The notes beneath the pieces were generated by a model. That model saw only the letters and a program-made list of their open reading frames with translations, ran no database searches and was not told the DNA's origin. Below, piece after piece: positions 20,450-30,778 of a DNA stretch of 64,000 nt (position 1 is the stretch's first letter; every line of letters begins with the position of its first letter). This stretch comes from an uncultured Gammaproteobacteria bacterium. GTDB taxonomy: Bacteria > Patescibacteriota > Patescibacteriia > Magasanikbacterales > GWA2-37-8. Position numbers and translations under genes: made by a program. The stretch is taken from assembly GCA_964510495.1 (NCBI GenBank), contig CAZECR010000003.1, positions 550 to 64,549 of the forward strand. The letters run 5' to 3'.

Positions 20450-21259
20450 ATGTTTGACGAACCAAACGCTTCAGGCGGACAGCCGCCCCAAAATTTACCT
20501 ATGGAACCGGTAGACATGTTTTCAGGTGTTGATGTGCCACAGGACGCGACCCCAGAACAACAACCTGCTCAAGCGGTAGCCGGAATGACGGGCGGCGCAG
20601 ATGCTTTGTCAGCTGGTGTTTTGAAACGTAAAGCTCCCGATGCACCAAGCGGTGTGACGCAAAGTAATCAATCTGCTTCATTCAGTTATGGCGCTAGTCA
20701 GCCTGGGGCGAACCAGCCACTTGGGTATCCAGCAAAAGAACCTGTGATCGGTAGAATTATTTTATTTGTTTTAACTGGCTTAGTTATTGTGGGGCTCGCG
20801 ATTGGTGGGTGGTGGGTGTATTCTCGTTTTTTCAAAAAAGCTCCCGCTACCACTCCTACGCAAACTGAGCAAACTACGCCAGCCCCTACGACTCCAGAGC
20901 CGACCACACCTGTCGTGACTACTCCTGCGCCTACCGAGGCTACCAGCGGTATCTCCAATGAGATAAAAAATGACACAGTACTCTTTGGTGAGTCAGTAGA
21001 CACAGACCGTGATAGTTTACCTGATACACAGGAGCAACAGCTTGGTACAAGCGCTTCAATTGCCGATACTGATAAAGACGGTCTTAGTGATGGAGAAGAA
21101 GTTTTAGTCTGGAAAACAAATCCGCTTAATCCTGATACAGACGGTGATGGTTATGTAGACGGAGATGAAGTTCGTAATGGATATAACCCACTTGGACCCG
21201 GCAAATTGACTCAGCCTTCTCCAGCCACTACTTCGACCGCTACCACTTCATTAAAATAG
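20450..21259 (+). CDS. Membrane-anchored protein with Pro/Thr linker and DxDxDG repeats
   Basis: Single TM; PTTP-rich linker; DTDRDSLPD, DTDKDGLSD, DTDGDGYVD. Confidence 0.8.
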   Translation: MFDEPNASGGQPPQNLPMEPVDMFSGVDVPQDATPEQQPAQAVAGMTGGADALSAGVLKRKAPDAPSGVTQSNQSASFSYGASQPGANQPLGYPAKEPVIGRIILFVLTGLVIVGLAIGGWWVYSRFFKKAPATTPTQTEQTTPAPTTPEPTTPVVTTPAPTEATSGISNEIKNDTVLFGESVDTDRDSLPDTQEQQLGTSASIADTDKDGLSDGEEVLVWKTNPLNPDTDGDGYVDGDEVRNGYNPLGPGKLTQPSPATTSTATTSLK

Positions 21260-21295
21260 TGCGCTTTGCGCTCCTCGCCAGTTTGGCATTTACCT

Positions 21296-22453
21296 ATGTT
21301 TGGTCATAAGAAAGCTACTCCCACCAATACAACCAACGAACCGGTTGTCGCCGCTATTCATGTGATACCGACGGATTTTTATGGCGGCATGAATCCCGTG
21401 GTAACCTTTAAGGACGTCAGCCGTGAGGTTGTTCTTAATCGTGGAGCAGTAGTTTCACCGGCCGATAAGAAATTACTCGACAAACAAACAGCTGTAGGAA
21501 GTGGTGAGGTCCTCCACCCAGCCAATCTTTTGGCAAACCCAAAATTCCTAGCGCTTGCAGCGTTAGGCCTTTTTGTTGTCATTGGTGGGGGGGTTACCTT
21601 ATATTACGTACTCACTTCAAAGCCGGAAACTCCGGTGGTGCCGATTGTTACTACCCCTATACCTACAGATACCGCTCCAATTGTAGAAGCACCGACGACG
21701 CCGCTCATAACCCCTTCGAGCACTGAGCCAGTGGTTACAACTCCGGTATCGCTTGCCGATCAGCCACTTACATTTCCTTCGGTTTTATTAGGCGATAGTG
21801 TAGACACCGATAAAGATGAGTTAACGGATCGCGAAGAAGAACTTTTTGCAACTGATCTCAACATTCCTGATACAGATAGTGACACGTACAGTGATAGTCA
21901 TGAGCTGTTTTATTTGTATAATCCAGCTGGAAAGGAACCTCAAAAATTACTTGATTCAGGCTTAGTTAAGCAATACACTAATCCTAGTTTTGGATATACG
22001 CTCTACTATCCGATCAGTTGGGCGCTGGGAGATGTAGATGGAACTAGTCGTGATATGCTATTTAGTACGCTTACCGGAGAAAATATTGAAGTACGCGTCT
22101 TTGATAAAGAAGCCACCGAAGATTTTGCGACTTGGTTCCAAAAGCGTGCACCTGATCAAAAATATAGTGATGTTCAAAATTTTGATACCTATTTCGATGG
22201 CAAAGGATATCGCCGTCAAGATTGGTTAGTATATTATTTCCCTACAGCCAACCATGTATATGTCTTGGTGTATCACACAACTGATTCTAATATTATAAAT
22301 TATCGTACCGTACTTAAAGTTATGGCCCGCAGTTTTGTAACGGGAGAGGCGACAGCTTCAGCGGGCACTATAACGCCTATTTTCACTACCGAAACAACTT
22401 CTACGCTCACTACTCCCCAAACAACTACTGGTACTACAACACCAAATCTTTAA
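21296..22453 (+). CDS. Membrane-anchored protein with DxDxD repeats and a PsbP-like C-terminal domain
   Basis: TM, P/T linker, DTDKDELTD, DTDSDTYSD, then YTNPSFGYTLYYPISW. Confidence 0.7.
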   Translation: MFGHKKATPTNTTNEPVVAAIHVIPTDFYGGMNPVVTFKDVSREVVLNRGAVVSPADKKLLDKQTAVGSGEVLHPANLLANPKFLALAALGLFVVIGGGVTLYYVLTSKPETPVVPIVTTPIPTDTAPIVEAPTTPLITPSSTEPVVTTPVSLADQPLTFPSVLLGDSVDTDKDELTDREEELFATDLNIPDTDSDTYSDSHELFYLYNPAGKEPQKLLDSGLVKQYTNPSFGYTLYYPISWALGDVDGTSRDMLFSTLTGENIEVRVFDKEATEDFATWFQKRAPDQKYSDVQNFDTYFDGKGYRRQDWLVYYFPTANHVYVLVYHTTDSNIINYRTVLKVMARSFVTGEATASAGTITPIFTTETTSTLTTPQTTTGTTTPNL

Positions 22454-22462
22454 GTTTTTTGT

Positions 22463-22900
22463 ATGATGCATGTTGATGTGAATATTCTGGTTACCTGTCC
22501 TTTTTCTGAAGCAGAAATTAAAAGAGTGGTAATTGTTGCTCAGGGTTTTGAGAAAAAAATTAAGTCTGCAGTTGAAATAAATATTGTTAGTAATAAAATT
22601 ATTCAAGATTTAAATCGACGATATCGAGGGTTAAATAAACCAACGGATGTTTTGTCGTTTTCCTGGCAAGAAGATGCTTCAGTCCCGGCCGAGTCACTTG
22701 GTCAGGTATATGTAGCGTACCCATACATTGTTCAGCAAGCCAAGCGATTTGGAGTTACCCCTAAAGCAGAGTTTTATCGCATGCTGTCACACGGACTCTT
22801 GCATTTAACCGGCCACGATCATCTAGAGGAATCTGCGGCTAAGAAAATGTTTGCTCTACAGGAAAAAATTGTTGCAGCACTAGAGAGTTCTAAAAAGTAG
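22463..22900 (+). CDS. ybeY: rRNA maturation RNase YbeY
   Basis: LNRRYRG..KPTDVLSF and HGLLHLTGHDH. Confidence 0.95.
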   Translation: MMHVDVNILVTCPFSEAEIKRVVIVAQGFEKKIKSAVEINIVSNKIIQDLNRRYRGLNKPTDVLSFSWQEDASVPAESLGQVYVAYPYIVQQAKRFGVTPKAEFYRMLSHGLLHLTGHDHLEESAAKKMFALQEKIVAALESSKK

Positions 22901-22904
22901 TTGT

Positions 22905-23270
22905 ATGGATATTCAGCGTTTAGGAAGCAGTATTAAAGAAGCCCTTCGGGGACTCGGCACCGTCTATCGGTCGGAGCAAAATTTTCGTTTACAAATCTAT
23001 GTAAGTATCTTGGTGTTTATTGCCGCAGGACTTTTAAGATTGCGAGGGTATGAGGTTGTCGTCATTATCCTGCTTATCGGGCTTGTACTCATTATGGAAC
23101 TGTTAAATACTGCTTTTGAGTACTGCGCAGACCTCTTAAAACCCCGTTTGAATCATTATGTTCAGCTTATCAAAGAAACCATGGCCGCCGCTGTTTTAGT
23201 CACAACTTTGGTGGCTGCAGCCATTGGACTGATAATTTTTGTTCCACACTTTCTTGCTTTGTTAAAATAG
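22905..23270 (+). CDS. dgkA: Diacylglycerol/undecaprenol kinase family protein
   Basis: SEQNFRLQ, ELLNTAFE, IKETMAAAVL; three TMs; follows ybeY. Confidence 0.88.
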   Translation: MDIQRLGSSIKEALRGLGTVYRSEQNFRLQIYVSILVFIAAGLLRLRGYEVVVIILLIGLVLIMELLNTAFEYCADLLKPRLNHYVQLIKETMAAAVLVTTLVAAAIGLIIFVPHFLALLK

Positions 23271-23309
23271 TGTATACTACCCGTCTGTAACGTAACCTCT
23301 GCCGCTTTT

Positions 23310-24590
23310 ATGAAAAAAGGAATGGATAATTATATCGTCGGACTTGATGTTGGGTCGGCCACGACGCGCATGGCCGTAGCTACTTTTGGTAGTCGAGGGC
23401 CCGATGAAACGCCCGAATTGCAGATTTTGGCTGCTGCAGAGACCCCAAGCCAGGGAATTCATAAAGGAGTTATCAACAGTATTGAAGATGTTGTTTCGTC
23501 CATCTCAGCATGTCTAGAAAAAACAGAACGTATGGCCGGAGTGCCTATTGAGACCGTCTGGCTCGGCATTTCTGGTTCACATATTTTATCTCAAACCAGT
23601 AAGGGTGTTGTCGCTGTTTCCAAAGCCGATAACGAAATCAGCGAAGAAGATGTACTGCGAGCAATCGATGCTTCGCGTACGATTGCAACGCCGCTCAACT
23701 ATGAAGTCTTGCATGTCTTGCCGAAAATGTTCAGTATTGATGGTCAGGGTGGCATCAAAGACCCGATCGGCATGACTGGTATTCGCCTTGAAGTAGATAC
23801 TCAGATTATTCTTGGTTCATCAGGTCAAATTAAAAATTTTACTAAAGCGGTGTATCGTACAGGTCTTGAAATCGAAGACTTAGTTTTATCTATCCTCGCT
23901 ACTGCCGAAGCGGTAGCTACACCTCGCCAGAAAGAACTGGGTGTTATTGTCGTCAACATTGGAGCTTCAACGACCAGCCTGGCTGTCTTTGAAGAAGGGG
24001 ATATTGTCCACACAACTGTTTTACCTATCGGCTCTGAACATATTACAAATGATATTGCTATTGGTCTTCGAACCTCAATTGATATCGCTGAAGCTGTCAA
24101 GCTCGCATATGGTGATTGCCTAACAGAGTCAGCAGGGAAGCGAGACGAAATTGATCTTTATGAAGTTGGGGCGCCTGATCACGAAATAGTGAAAAAACAG
24201 TATCTGACGGAAATTATTCAAGCTCGCGTGGAGGAAATTTTTCGTAAGATTAATCAAGAGCTTAACCGTGTGCAACGAACAGGACTTTTGCCGGCTGGCG
24301 TCATTTTTACTGGCGGCGGCGCTAAGCTTCCGGGCTTGGTTGAGTTGGCAAAAAAAACCTTACGCCTTCCAGCTACGCTTGGATTCCCTTTGAGCATGAT
24401 GAGTATTACTGATAAAGTTAATGATCTTGGTTTTGCGACCGTTGTCGGTCTCCTTAAATGGGGTAGTACTATGAAGTTTGGTAACGGTGGATCGAACTAT
24501 GAAGGCGGCGGTTCATTTGGCGGCGGTATTAAGCGCGTTAATCAGGTTTCGAGCCAGCTCAAAAAATGGATGAAAGCCTTGATACCTTAG
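23310..24590 (+). CDS. ftsA: Cell division protein FtsA
   Basis: GLDVGSA, VNIGASTT, GSEHITNDI, TGGGAKL; amphipathic C-tail LKKWMKALIP. Confidence 0.97.
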   Translation: MKKGMDNYIVGLDVGSATTRMAVATFGSRGPDETPELQILAAAETPSQGIHKGVINSIEDVVSSISACLEKTERMAGVPIETVWLGISGSHILSQTSKGVVAVSKADNEISEEDVLRAIDASRTIATPLNYEVLHVLPKMFSIDGQGGIKDPIGMTGIRLEVDTQIILGSSGQIKNFTKAVYRTGLEIEDLVLSILATAEAVATPRQKELGVIVVNIGASTTSLAVFEEGDIVHTTVLPIGSEHITNDIAIGLRTSIDIAEAVKLAYGDCLTESAGKRDEIDLYEVGAPDHEIVKKQYLTEIIQARVEEIFRKINQELNRVQRTGLLPAGVIFTGGGAKLPGLVELAKKTLRLPATLGFPLSMMSITDKVNDLGFATVVGLLKWGSTMKFGNGGSNYEGGGSFGGGIKRVNQVSSQLKKWMKALIP

Positions 24591-24651
24591 TTTTAAGCCC
24601 TATTTGCGGGCTTAAAATTATCTTGACACTCCGGTACCGACAATATACTAT
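24591..24651 (+). promoter_or_regulatory. Hairpin after ftsA followed by a dedicated ftsZ promoter
   Basis: TTTTAAGCCC-tatttgc-GGGCTTAAAA, then TTGACA-17 bp-TACTAT (24623-24651). Confidence 0.6.
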
Positions 24652-24753
24652 ACTAGCGAGGAAATCTTCGCTTATTTTATTTAAAGCAAGCTTGAATACA
24701 TTATGTATTCACTGGTATTTTCCTGCATAATCACATCTTAAATTCTTACTACT

Positions 24754-25977
24754 ATGCCCCAAGTTAAACCTGATATTGAAACTATTGCTAAAATTAAAGT
24801 AGTGGGCGTAGGCGGCTCCGGCGGCTCTGTTTTAACGCGCATGATGAATGGAAAAAATCGTGGCATTGATTTTATCGCGCTCAACACCGATGTGCAAGCC
24901 TTGCACCATAATCCTGCTCCGTACAAATTACATATTGGAAAAAGCGTGACTCGCGGTCTTGGTGCTGGTATGGATCCAGAAGTCGGCCGTAAAGCAGCGG
25001 AAGAATCAATCAACGAAATTCGCGACATGCTGAAAGATAGTGATATGGTTTTCATCACCTGTGGCCTCGGTGGGGGTACAGGAACAGGAGCAGCTCCAGT
25101 AGTAGCTGAAGTGGCCAAAGAGCTCGGCGCGCTTACCGTAGCAGTTGTTACCAAACCATTTAATTTTGAAGGTCCACAGCGTAATGACATCGCTCAAAAA
25201 GGTTGGGAACAACTTTCTAAAAATGTTGACGCTATCATCACGATTCCTAACGATCGTATTCTCCAAGTCATTGATAAAAAAACAACTCTCCTTGATGCTT
25301 TCAAAATTGCTGATGAAGTCTTGCAGCATGGGGTACAAGGAATTTCTGAATTGATTACTGTTCCTGGCCTTATTAACGTCGATTTTGCGGATGTTAAAAC
25401 CATTATGCGTGACACGGGGTCAGCCTTGATGGGTATCGGTACGGCAAGCGGTGAAAATCGCGCTATCGAAGCCGCCAAGCAAGCTATCTCGAGTCCACTA
25501 CTCGAACTCTCGATTGATGGAGCACACGGCATCCTCTTCACCATTAGTGGCGGATCTGACCTGACTATGACTGAAGTGAGCGAGGCAGCTAAAATAATTA
25601 CTAATTCGGCAGCAGACGATGCTAAAGTTATTTTTGGTGCTATTATTGATGAAACAATGTCAGGGGCAATGCGCGTTACGGTAGTCGCAACGGGTTTTGA
25701 TGATCGTCGTCCTAATGCTATAATTAAAGAAGAAGAATCATCGAATTCACTTTTTGCCGGTGGCAAATATATTCCTAGCAATTTTTTGCGCAAGACGCAG
25801 CGTGAAAACGACGAGGAAGAAAAGAAATTTAAACAATTTACTCAAAAGCCAAATCCTATTTTCTCTCCACTTTCAAACTCGGGACCGCTTACTTCAAGTA
25901 AAGAAGAAAAAAATAAAGATTCCGAAGACGATAAGCTGGAAATCCCAGCCTTTATCAGAAAAAAAATGGGTGTGTAA
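24754..25977 (+). CDS. ftsZ: Cell division protein FtsZ
   Basis: GVGGSG, GLGGGTGTG, INVDFADV, C-terminal LEIPAFIRKK. Confidence 0.98.
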   Translation: MPQVKPDIETIAKIKVVGVGGSGGSVLTRMMNGKNRGIDFIALNTDVQALHHNPAPYKLHIGKSVTRGLGAGMDPEVGRKAAEESINEIRDMLKDSDMVFITCGLGGGTGTGAAPVVAEVAKELGALTVAVVTKPFNFEGPQRNDIAQKGWEQLSKNVDAIITIPNDRILQVIDKKTTLLDAFKIADEVLQHGVQGISELITVPGLINVDFADVKTIMRDTGSALMGIGTASGENRAIEAAKQAISSPLLELSIDGAHGILFTISGGSDLTMTEVSEAAKIITNSAADDAKVIFGAIIDETMSGAMRVTVVATGFDDRRPNAIIKEEESSNSLFAGGKYIPSNFLRKTQRENDEEEKKFKQFTQKPNPIFSPLSNSGPLTSSKEEKNKDSEDDKLEIPAFIRKKMGV

Positions 25978-25991
25978 AAATCTTTCTTGCC

Positions 25992-26013
25992 TTCCTGCCT
26001 GCGCGGGAATGAC
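25992..26013. repeat. Degenerate small palindromic repeat (REP/dRS3-like)
   Basis: TTCCTGC-CTGC-GCGGGAATGAC resembles the ATTCCC-N8-GGGAAT(GAC) repeat family. Confidence 0.45.
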
Positions 26014-26034
26014 ACTATTAGTTTAGATGTACTT

Positions 26035-26502
26035 ATGCATTGTCCTGTCTGCAACAATAAGGAAACAAGTGTTGTGGACACTCGTCCCACTGAGGACGGT
26101 TTGTCGGTGCGTAGGCGGCGTGAGTGTGATCGTTGTCATTTTCGTTTTTCAACGATTGAAGAGACGGAGCTGTTAGATATTATTGTGGTAAAAGAAGACG
26201 GTCGGCGAGAAAGTTACATGCGTGATAAAATGGAAAGCGGTATCTATAGGTCCCTTACCAAGCGTGCTTTTACTAAAGAGCATTTCCATCGCTTGATTCA
26301 CTCGATTGAACGTGACATTCAGAAAAAGAAAAGTAGAGAAATAGCTAGTAAAGAAGTTGGTGAATTGGTGATGAAGCACCTGCGTACATTTGATATGGTA
26401 GCCTATATTCGTTTTGCCAGTGTCTATCGTGATTTTAAGGACGTGCAAACTTTCGAGCGTGAACTTAAAAAATTAGCTATTAAAAAACAAAAAGGTATCT
26501 AA
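26035..26502 (+). CDS. nrdR: Transcriptional repressor NrdR
   Basis: MHCPVC...VRRRRECDRCHFRFSTIE zinc ribbon; ATP cone; VAYIRFASVY. Confidence 0.96.
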   Translation: MHCPVCNNKETSVVDTRPTEDGLSVRRRRECDRCHFRFSTIEETELLDIIVVKEDGRRESYMRDKMESGIYRSLTKRAFTKEHFHRLIHSIERDIQKKKSREIASKEVGELVMKHLRTFDMVAYIRFASVYRDFKDVQTFERELKKLAIKKQKGI

Positions 26503-26507
26503 GGTCT

Positions 26508-26933
26508 ATGTTTAAACACAAACAAGAACCCGCTGCGGCGGTAGAGCCTGTGGTAGAAAAAAAAGAGGTTGCGCCTCCTCTCGTGGCGGCTGATAAACCA
26601 CTCAAGGATACAAGTCCGGCTGCGTTGCGTGAACTCCTTGAAAAAAATTTAAAATGGTCTCAAATTATCTACGAACAAAATCGGCGCATCAATAGCAAGC
26701 TCTTTTGGAGTACGCTTGGTAGCTGGTTTAAGATTATTATCTTTTTTGCTTTACTGGCCGGTTCGATAGTATTTCTTTCGCCTTTTTTTAGACCTTTTTT
26801 TAATTACTACAATTCTTTTGCACGTCAGGCAAAATTTGGTGAAATTAGTCCGACGAGTTCGCTTCAGAATGCACTTCAGTTTTTGCCGCTCGATGCTTCA
26901 CAAAAGGAGCAGTTAAAGACCTTTTTAAAATAA
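26508..26933 (+). CDS. Hypothetical single-pass membrane protein
   Basis: 141-aa ORF in operon spacing; TM WFKIIIFFALLAGSIVFL. Confidence 0.75.
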   Translation: MFKHKQEPAAAVEPVVEKKEVAPPLVAADKPLKDTSPAALRELLEKNLKWSQIIYEQNRRINSKLFWSTLGSWFKIIIFFALLAGSIVFLSPFFRPFFNYYNSFARQAKFGEISPTSSLQNALQFLPLDASQKEQLKTFLK

Positions 26934-26936
26934 GCT

Positions 26937-28349
26937 ATGTTAAAACGTACCAAAATCGGAGCAACGATTGGCCCGGCATGTAGTGATGAAGTAACAATTG
27001 AAAAAATGGTTGTAGCCGGCATGGATTTTGCCCGGCTTAATTTTTCTCACGGTACTCATGAAGATCATGCCAAGTTAATTGCAGCGATTCGTGCAGTTGA
27101 GCAAAAAACTGGTAAACCCATTGCTATCATGCAGGATTTGCAGGGGCCAAAAATGCGTTTAGGCTCGCTTCCCGAAAAGGGTGTTCTTCTGCAAGAAGGT
27201 GAGACAGTTGTTTTTGATACGACCGCTACTGAATATCATGATCAAATTGTTCCAATTACCTTTCCAGAGCTTGGAAAACATTTGATTGTAGGTCAGCATA
27301 TACTTATTGATGATGGTCGCGTAGAAGTTGTTATTACGGTACTTGATGGCGCACGTATTGAAGCGAGTGTGCTACAAGCGGGCATGCTTCAGTCCCACAA
27401 AGGCCTTAATTTTCCTGATAGCATACTTACGGCCATACCAGCGCTTAGTGAGAAAGATATTCTTGATGTTGCTTTTGGCGTCGCGATGGGGGTTGATTGT
27501 ATTTCGTTGTCTTTTGTCAAAACAGCGGCCGATATTGAACAGCTACGTCAGGTTATTATCAAGGCACAAAATGATCAGGATTTGCAACCGGAAGTACCTA
27601 TTACAATTATTGGCAAAATTGAACGCCCTGAAGCAGTTAATAATTTGGCTGAAATTATTGAAGTAGTAGACGGGATTATGGTTGCGCGCGGTGACTTGGG
27701 GCTTGAAATGCCAGGAGCAATGCTTGCCATTACACAAAAGAATATTGTGCGTACCGTACGCTTGGCAGGTAAGCCAGTAATGATTGCGACACAGCTGCTT
27801 GACTCAATGCAGCATAGTCGTCGCCCCACTCGAGCGGAATATACTGATGTAGCCAACAGCGTTATCGATCATGCTGATAGCCTCTTGTTAACCAACGAAA
27901 CAGCGGCTGGAGAATTTCCTGTGGAAACGGTCAAAACCATGGCTGACATTATTGTCGCGACCGAACAATCTTCGTATGATGATGCTCTGCGCTCTACGCA
28001 AACAACCAGTACGCTGGAGCCGGTCTTGGCTCGCCTCGTACAGCTCGTTACCAGTACCGAGCGCGTTCGGGCAATTGCGGTTGAGGCTGCTGCAATGCCG
28101 CTAGTGCCACGCGTAAGCAAATTACGTTTGGAGCTTCCGATCGCCGCTGCAGTGCCCACGCTAAAAGTGGCGCGTAGTTTAATTTGGTATTGGGGAGTAA
28201 CACCGAGTATCTTGGTTAAAAAAACACTTACTACCGAACTGCAAGAACACATGGCTAAAATTTTAGGACTCACTGCTGAAGAAAATGCAATAGTAGCTAT
28301 AGTTCCTAGCGCTATAGAAATGCCGTACACAATTACCACGAATTCATAA
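26937..28349 (+). CDS. pyk: Pyruvate kinase
   Basis: RTKIGATIGPA, RLNFSHG, DLQGPK, KIE, MVARGDLG, PTRAE; C-terminal domain divergent. Confidence 0.96.
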   Translation: MLKRTKIGATIGPACSDEVTIEKMVVAGMDFARLNFSHGTHEDHAKLIAAIRAVEQKTGKPIAIMQDLQGPKMRLGSLPEKGVLLQEGETVVFDTTATEYHDQIVPITFPELGKHLIVGQHILIDDGRVEVVITVLDGARIEASVLQAGMLQSHKGLNFPDSILTAIPALSEKDILDVAFGVAMGVDCISLSFVKTAADIEQLRQVIIKAQNDQDLQPEVPITIIGKIERPEAVNNLAEIIEVVDGIMVARGDLGLEMPGAMLAITQKNIVRTVRLAGKPVMIATQLLDSMQHSRRPTRAEYTDVANSVIDHADSLLLTNETAAGEFPVETVKTMADIIVATEQSSYDDALRSTQTTSTLEPVLARLVQLVTSTERVRAIAVEAAAMPLVPRVSKLRLELPIAAAVPTLKVARSLIWYWGVTPSILVKKTLTTELQEHMAKILGLTAEENAIVAIVPSAIEMPYTITTNS

Positions 28350-28364
28350 AAAATAGTATATACA

Positions 28365-28396
28365 AAAATAGCCGCGATACGCATCGCGGCTATTTT
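28365..28396. terminator. Bidirectional terminator between pyk and glyA
   Basis: AAAATAGCCGCGAT-acgc-ATCGCGGCTATTTT. Confidence 0.85.
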
Positions 28397-28408
28397 ATAT
28401 GTTTTCTT

Positions 28409-29644
28409 TTAAGTTGGCAGCGGAAACTGGGCGGCCAATGTTTTAACTTCCGCACGGATCTCTGCTAATTTTGCATCGTTGGTGAAGTTCTGAATTGCTA
28501 CATCGATCCAAGCGGCAACTTTACGCATTTCATCTTCCTTCATGCCGCGGGTTGTTAAAGCTGGGGTGCCGAGGCGAATACCAGAAGGATCAAAAGGTGA
28601 ACGAGTGTCATCGGGAATCATATTTTTATTGAGCGTAATACCAGCTTTATCAAGAGCGATTTGGGCCTCTTTGCCTGACAAGCCTTTAGGAGTCACGTCA
28701 ATTAAGAGAAGGTGGTTATCGGTCCCACCAAAACAAATTTTGTAATCCATTTTTTTAAACTCTTGTTCTAACACTTTAGCATTCTTTTTAATTTGCGCTG
28801 CGTATACTTTAAATTCAGGCATGAGTGCTTCTTTAAAAGCAACAGCTTTAGCGGCAATATTGTTTTCATGCGGTCCGCCTTGTAGCCCAGGAAAAACTGA
28901 TTTATCGATCGCTGCTGCAAATTTTTCTTTACACATAATCATGCCGCCACGAGGTCCACGAAGTGTCTTGTGGGTTGTCGTGGTCACAACATCAAATAAC
29001 GGAACAGGATTATTCATCGCGCCTCCAGCAATGAGGCCTGCAATATGAGCAATGTCTGCCATAGTAATTGCACCCACTTCGTCAGCAATCTTTTTAATAT
29101 TTTCGTAATCAATTTCGCGTGAATAGGCCGAGTAGCCCACCAAGATAATTTTTGGTTTATGTTCAAGAGCCATGGAACGCAAGTTATCAAGATCGATGCG
29201 TCCGTCAGGCGTGGTTTTATAGCGGATAAAATTAAAAACGTGGGCCATGGCGGTTACGGGGTGGCCGTGGGTAAGGTGGCCGCCATGTGAGAGGTCCATG
29301 CCAAGCACTGTGTCTCCAGGTTTGAGAAGGGCAAAATAGACCGCAATATTAGCCGGTGCGCCCGAAAGCGGTTGTACGTTTACATGTTCAGCACCAAAAA
29401 GTTGTTTAGCGCGTTCGATGGCGAGGCTTTCCACTACATCAATGTACTCGCAGCCACCGTAGTAGCGTTTACCAATGTACCCTTCGGAATATTTATTCGT
29501 CAGAATAGAGCCAAGGGCTTCGAGCACAGCTGCAGAAACAAAGTTTTCAGAAGGAATAAGTTCAAGTCCTTCGGACTCACGGCGATGCTCGTTTTCAATA
29601 GCTTCGTAAATATCGTGGTCAAAATCTTGTAAAGAAGGAGTCAT
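28409..29644 (-). CDS. glyA: Serine hydroxymethyltransferase
   Basis: [44 protein letters not shown]. Confidence 0.98.
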   Translation of the reverse strand: MTPSLQDFDHDIYEAIENEHRRESEGLELIPSENFVSAAVLEALGSILTNKYSEGYIGKRYYGGCEYIDVVESLAIERAKQLFGAEHVNVQPLSGAPANIAVYFALLKPGDTVLGMDLSHGGHLTHGHPVTAMAHVFNFIRYKTTPDGRIDLDNLRSMALEHKPKIILVGYSAYSREIDYENIKKIADEVGAITMADIAHIAGLIAGGAMNNPVPLFDVVTTTTHKTLRGPRGGMIMCKEKFAAAIDKSVFPGLQGGPHENNIAAKAVAFKEALMPEFKVYAAQIKKNAKVLEQEFKKMDYKICFGGTDNHLLLIDVTPKGLSGKEAQIALDKAGITLNKNMIPDDTRSPFDPSGIRLGTPALTTRGMKEDEMRKVAAWIDVAIQNFTNDAKLAEIRAEVKTLAAQFPLPT

Positions 29645-29712
29645 AGGAATTTTAGAAAATTAAAAAACAAGCTTATTGCCTCCTTGTTACTTAAATTCTA
29701 AAGATTCGTAAA

Positions 29713-30111
29713 TCATAGCTGTTCTAAATAGTCGTTAATTATTGTGTATACATTTGGAGCGCAGTCCGGTGGGAGATTGCGAATATCATGCCAATCCCAG
29801 GCAGCAGTCTCGGGTCCGGGAGTAACTTCTCCTATTCGAGTACCGAGAAAATGGATGAGCACTACAACACGATCTTTTTGTTGTAGCAAGATAGGACGAA
29901 GTGGTTTAACGATTTTTACATCAATACCAAGTTCTTCGCGGACTTCGCGCATACATGCTTCTTCAAGCGAGATATCAAATCGCTCAACCTCACCCCCAGG
30001 AAACATCCACAGACTCAGGCCCTCTGGTTTGTATTCTTTGTTTAATAAAACTTTGTCATTTTCAATAATGACAGGGCCGGAAGCAATAATTGATTCAGGA
30101 GGAAGTTGCAT
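29713..30111 (-). CDS. NUDIX hydrolase
   Basis: PGGEVERFDISLEEACMREVREELG Nudix box. Confidence 0.9.
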   Translation of the reverse strand: MQLPPESIIASGPVIIENDKVLLNKEYKPEGLSLWMFPGGEVERFDISLEEACMREVREELGIDVKIVKPLRPILLQQKDRVVVLIHFLGTRIGEVTPGPETAAWDWHDIRNLPPDCAPNVYTIINDYLEQL

Positions 30112-30177
30112 GGCTTTGGGTTAAAATGCTCTAGTAAAGTATCATTTCTGCCTCAGAATGGCAATGTTATCATGAAC

Positions 30178-30232
30178 AAAAAAGAACTCTTTTAAAAAAG
30201 TTCTTTTTTGTACGGCCGAGAGGTCGGCCGTG
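30178..30232 (-). terminator. GC hairpin plus AT-rich terminator downstream of the 30609 orphan
   Basis: ACGGCCGA-gagg-TCGGCCGT and AAAAAAGAACT...AGTTCTTTTTT. Confidence 0.55.
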
Positions 30233-30237
30233 ATTGG

Positions 30238-30609
30238 TTAGAAGAGAAAGAGCATGGCCTGTCTGAGGCTCGTAAACAAGTCGTCTTCCGTCTTCGGAAA
30301 GCGCTCGCCGGCCAAGATGCCTTTGATGTTGTTGTACTGGCGAGCGAGGTATTCACTGTCCCGCTGCCTGAAAGCGCCCTCACACCAGATCAGGAGGGGT
30401 TTCTTGAGGTGTGCTGTAGTCCGCAGCAATGCTGCTGTCTCGTCGAAGTTCCTGGTTATAAGAACGATGAGGTTGATCGGACTCATGAGCGCACCGGGCG
30501 CCGCGCTCTCTGTAGTGACCGTGTGGTAACCTTTCTGGCGAAGCTGGGCTGCAAATCCTTCGCGTCGCTCTGTCTGCTCTTTTGAGCTGATCAGGAGTAT
30601 GTTTGACAT
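30238..30609 (-). CDS. GC-rich orphan, probable pseudo-receiver (CheY-like) domain
   Basis: (beta/alpha)5 pattern NILLIS...LRQKGYHTVT...INLIVLI...PLLIWC...FPKTEDDLFTSL; acidic pocket and phospho-Asp absent; GAGGTG SD. Confidence 0.6.
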   Translation of the reverse strand: MSNILLISSKEQTERREGFAAQLRQKGYHTVTTESAAPGALMSPINLIVLITRNFDETAALLRTTAHLKKPLLIWCEGAFRQRDSEYLARQYNNIKGILAGERFPKTEDDLFTSLRQAMLFLF

Positions 30610-30670
30610 GGTGGGCACCTCGTGGCGATTAGTTTAGTGGGTGAGTTGGTAGGTTGTCAAATGGATCATA

Positions 30671-30699
30671 TTGACAAAAGTCAATTTTTATGATAGAAT
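30671..30699 (+). promoter_or_regulatory. Sigma70-type promoter of the 30779 orphan
   Basis: TTGACA-17 bp-TAGAAT; -35 lies in the palindrome TTGAC-aaaa-GTCAA. Confidence 0.65.
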
Positions 30700-30778
30700 C
30701 CTTTATTCTTCATGCATACGCACGAGGAGAATAGATAAGAATTCAGTGCACGTTTTGGCCTCAAAAAAGGAGCTGTAC

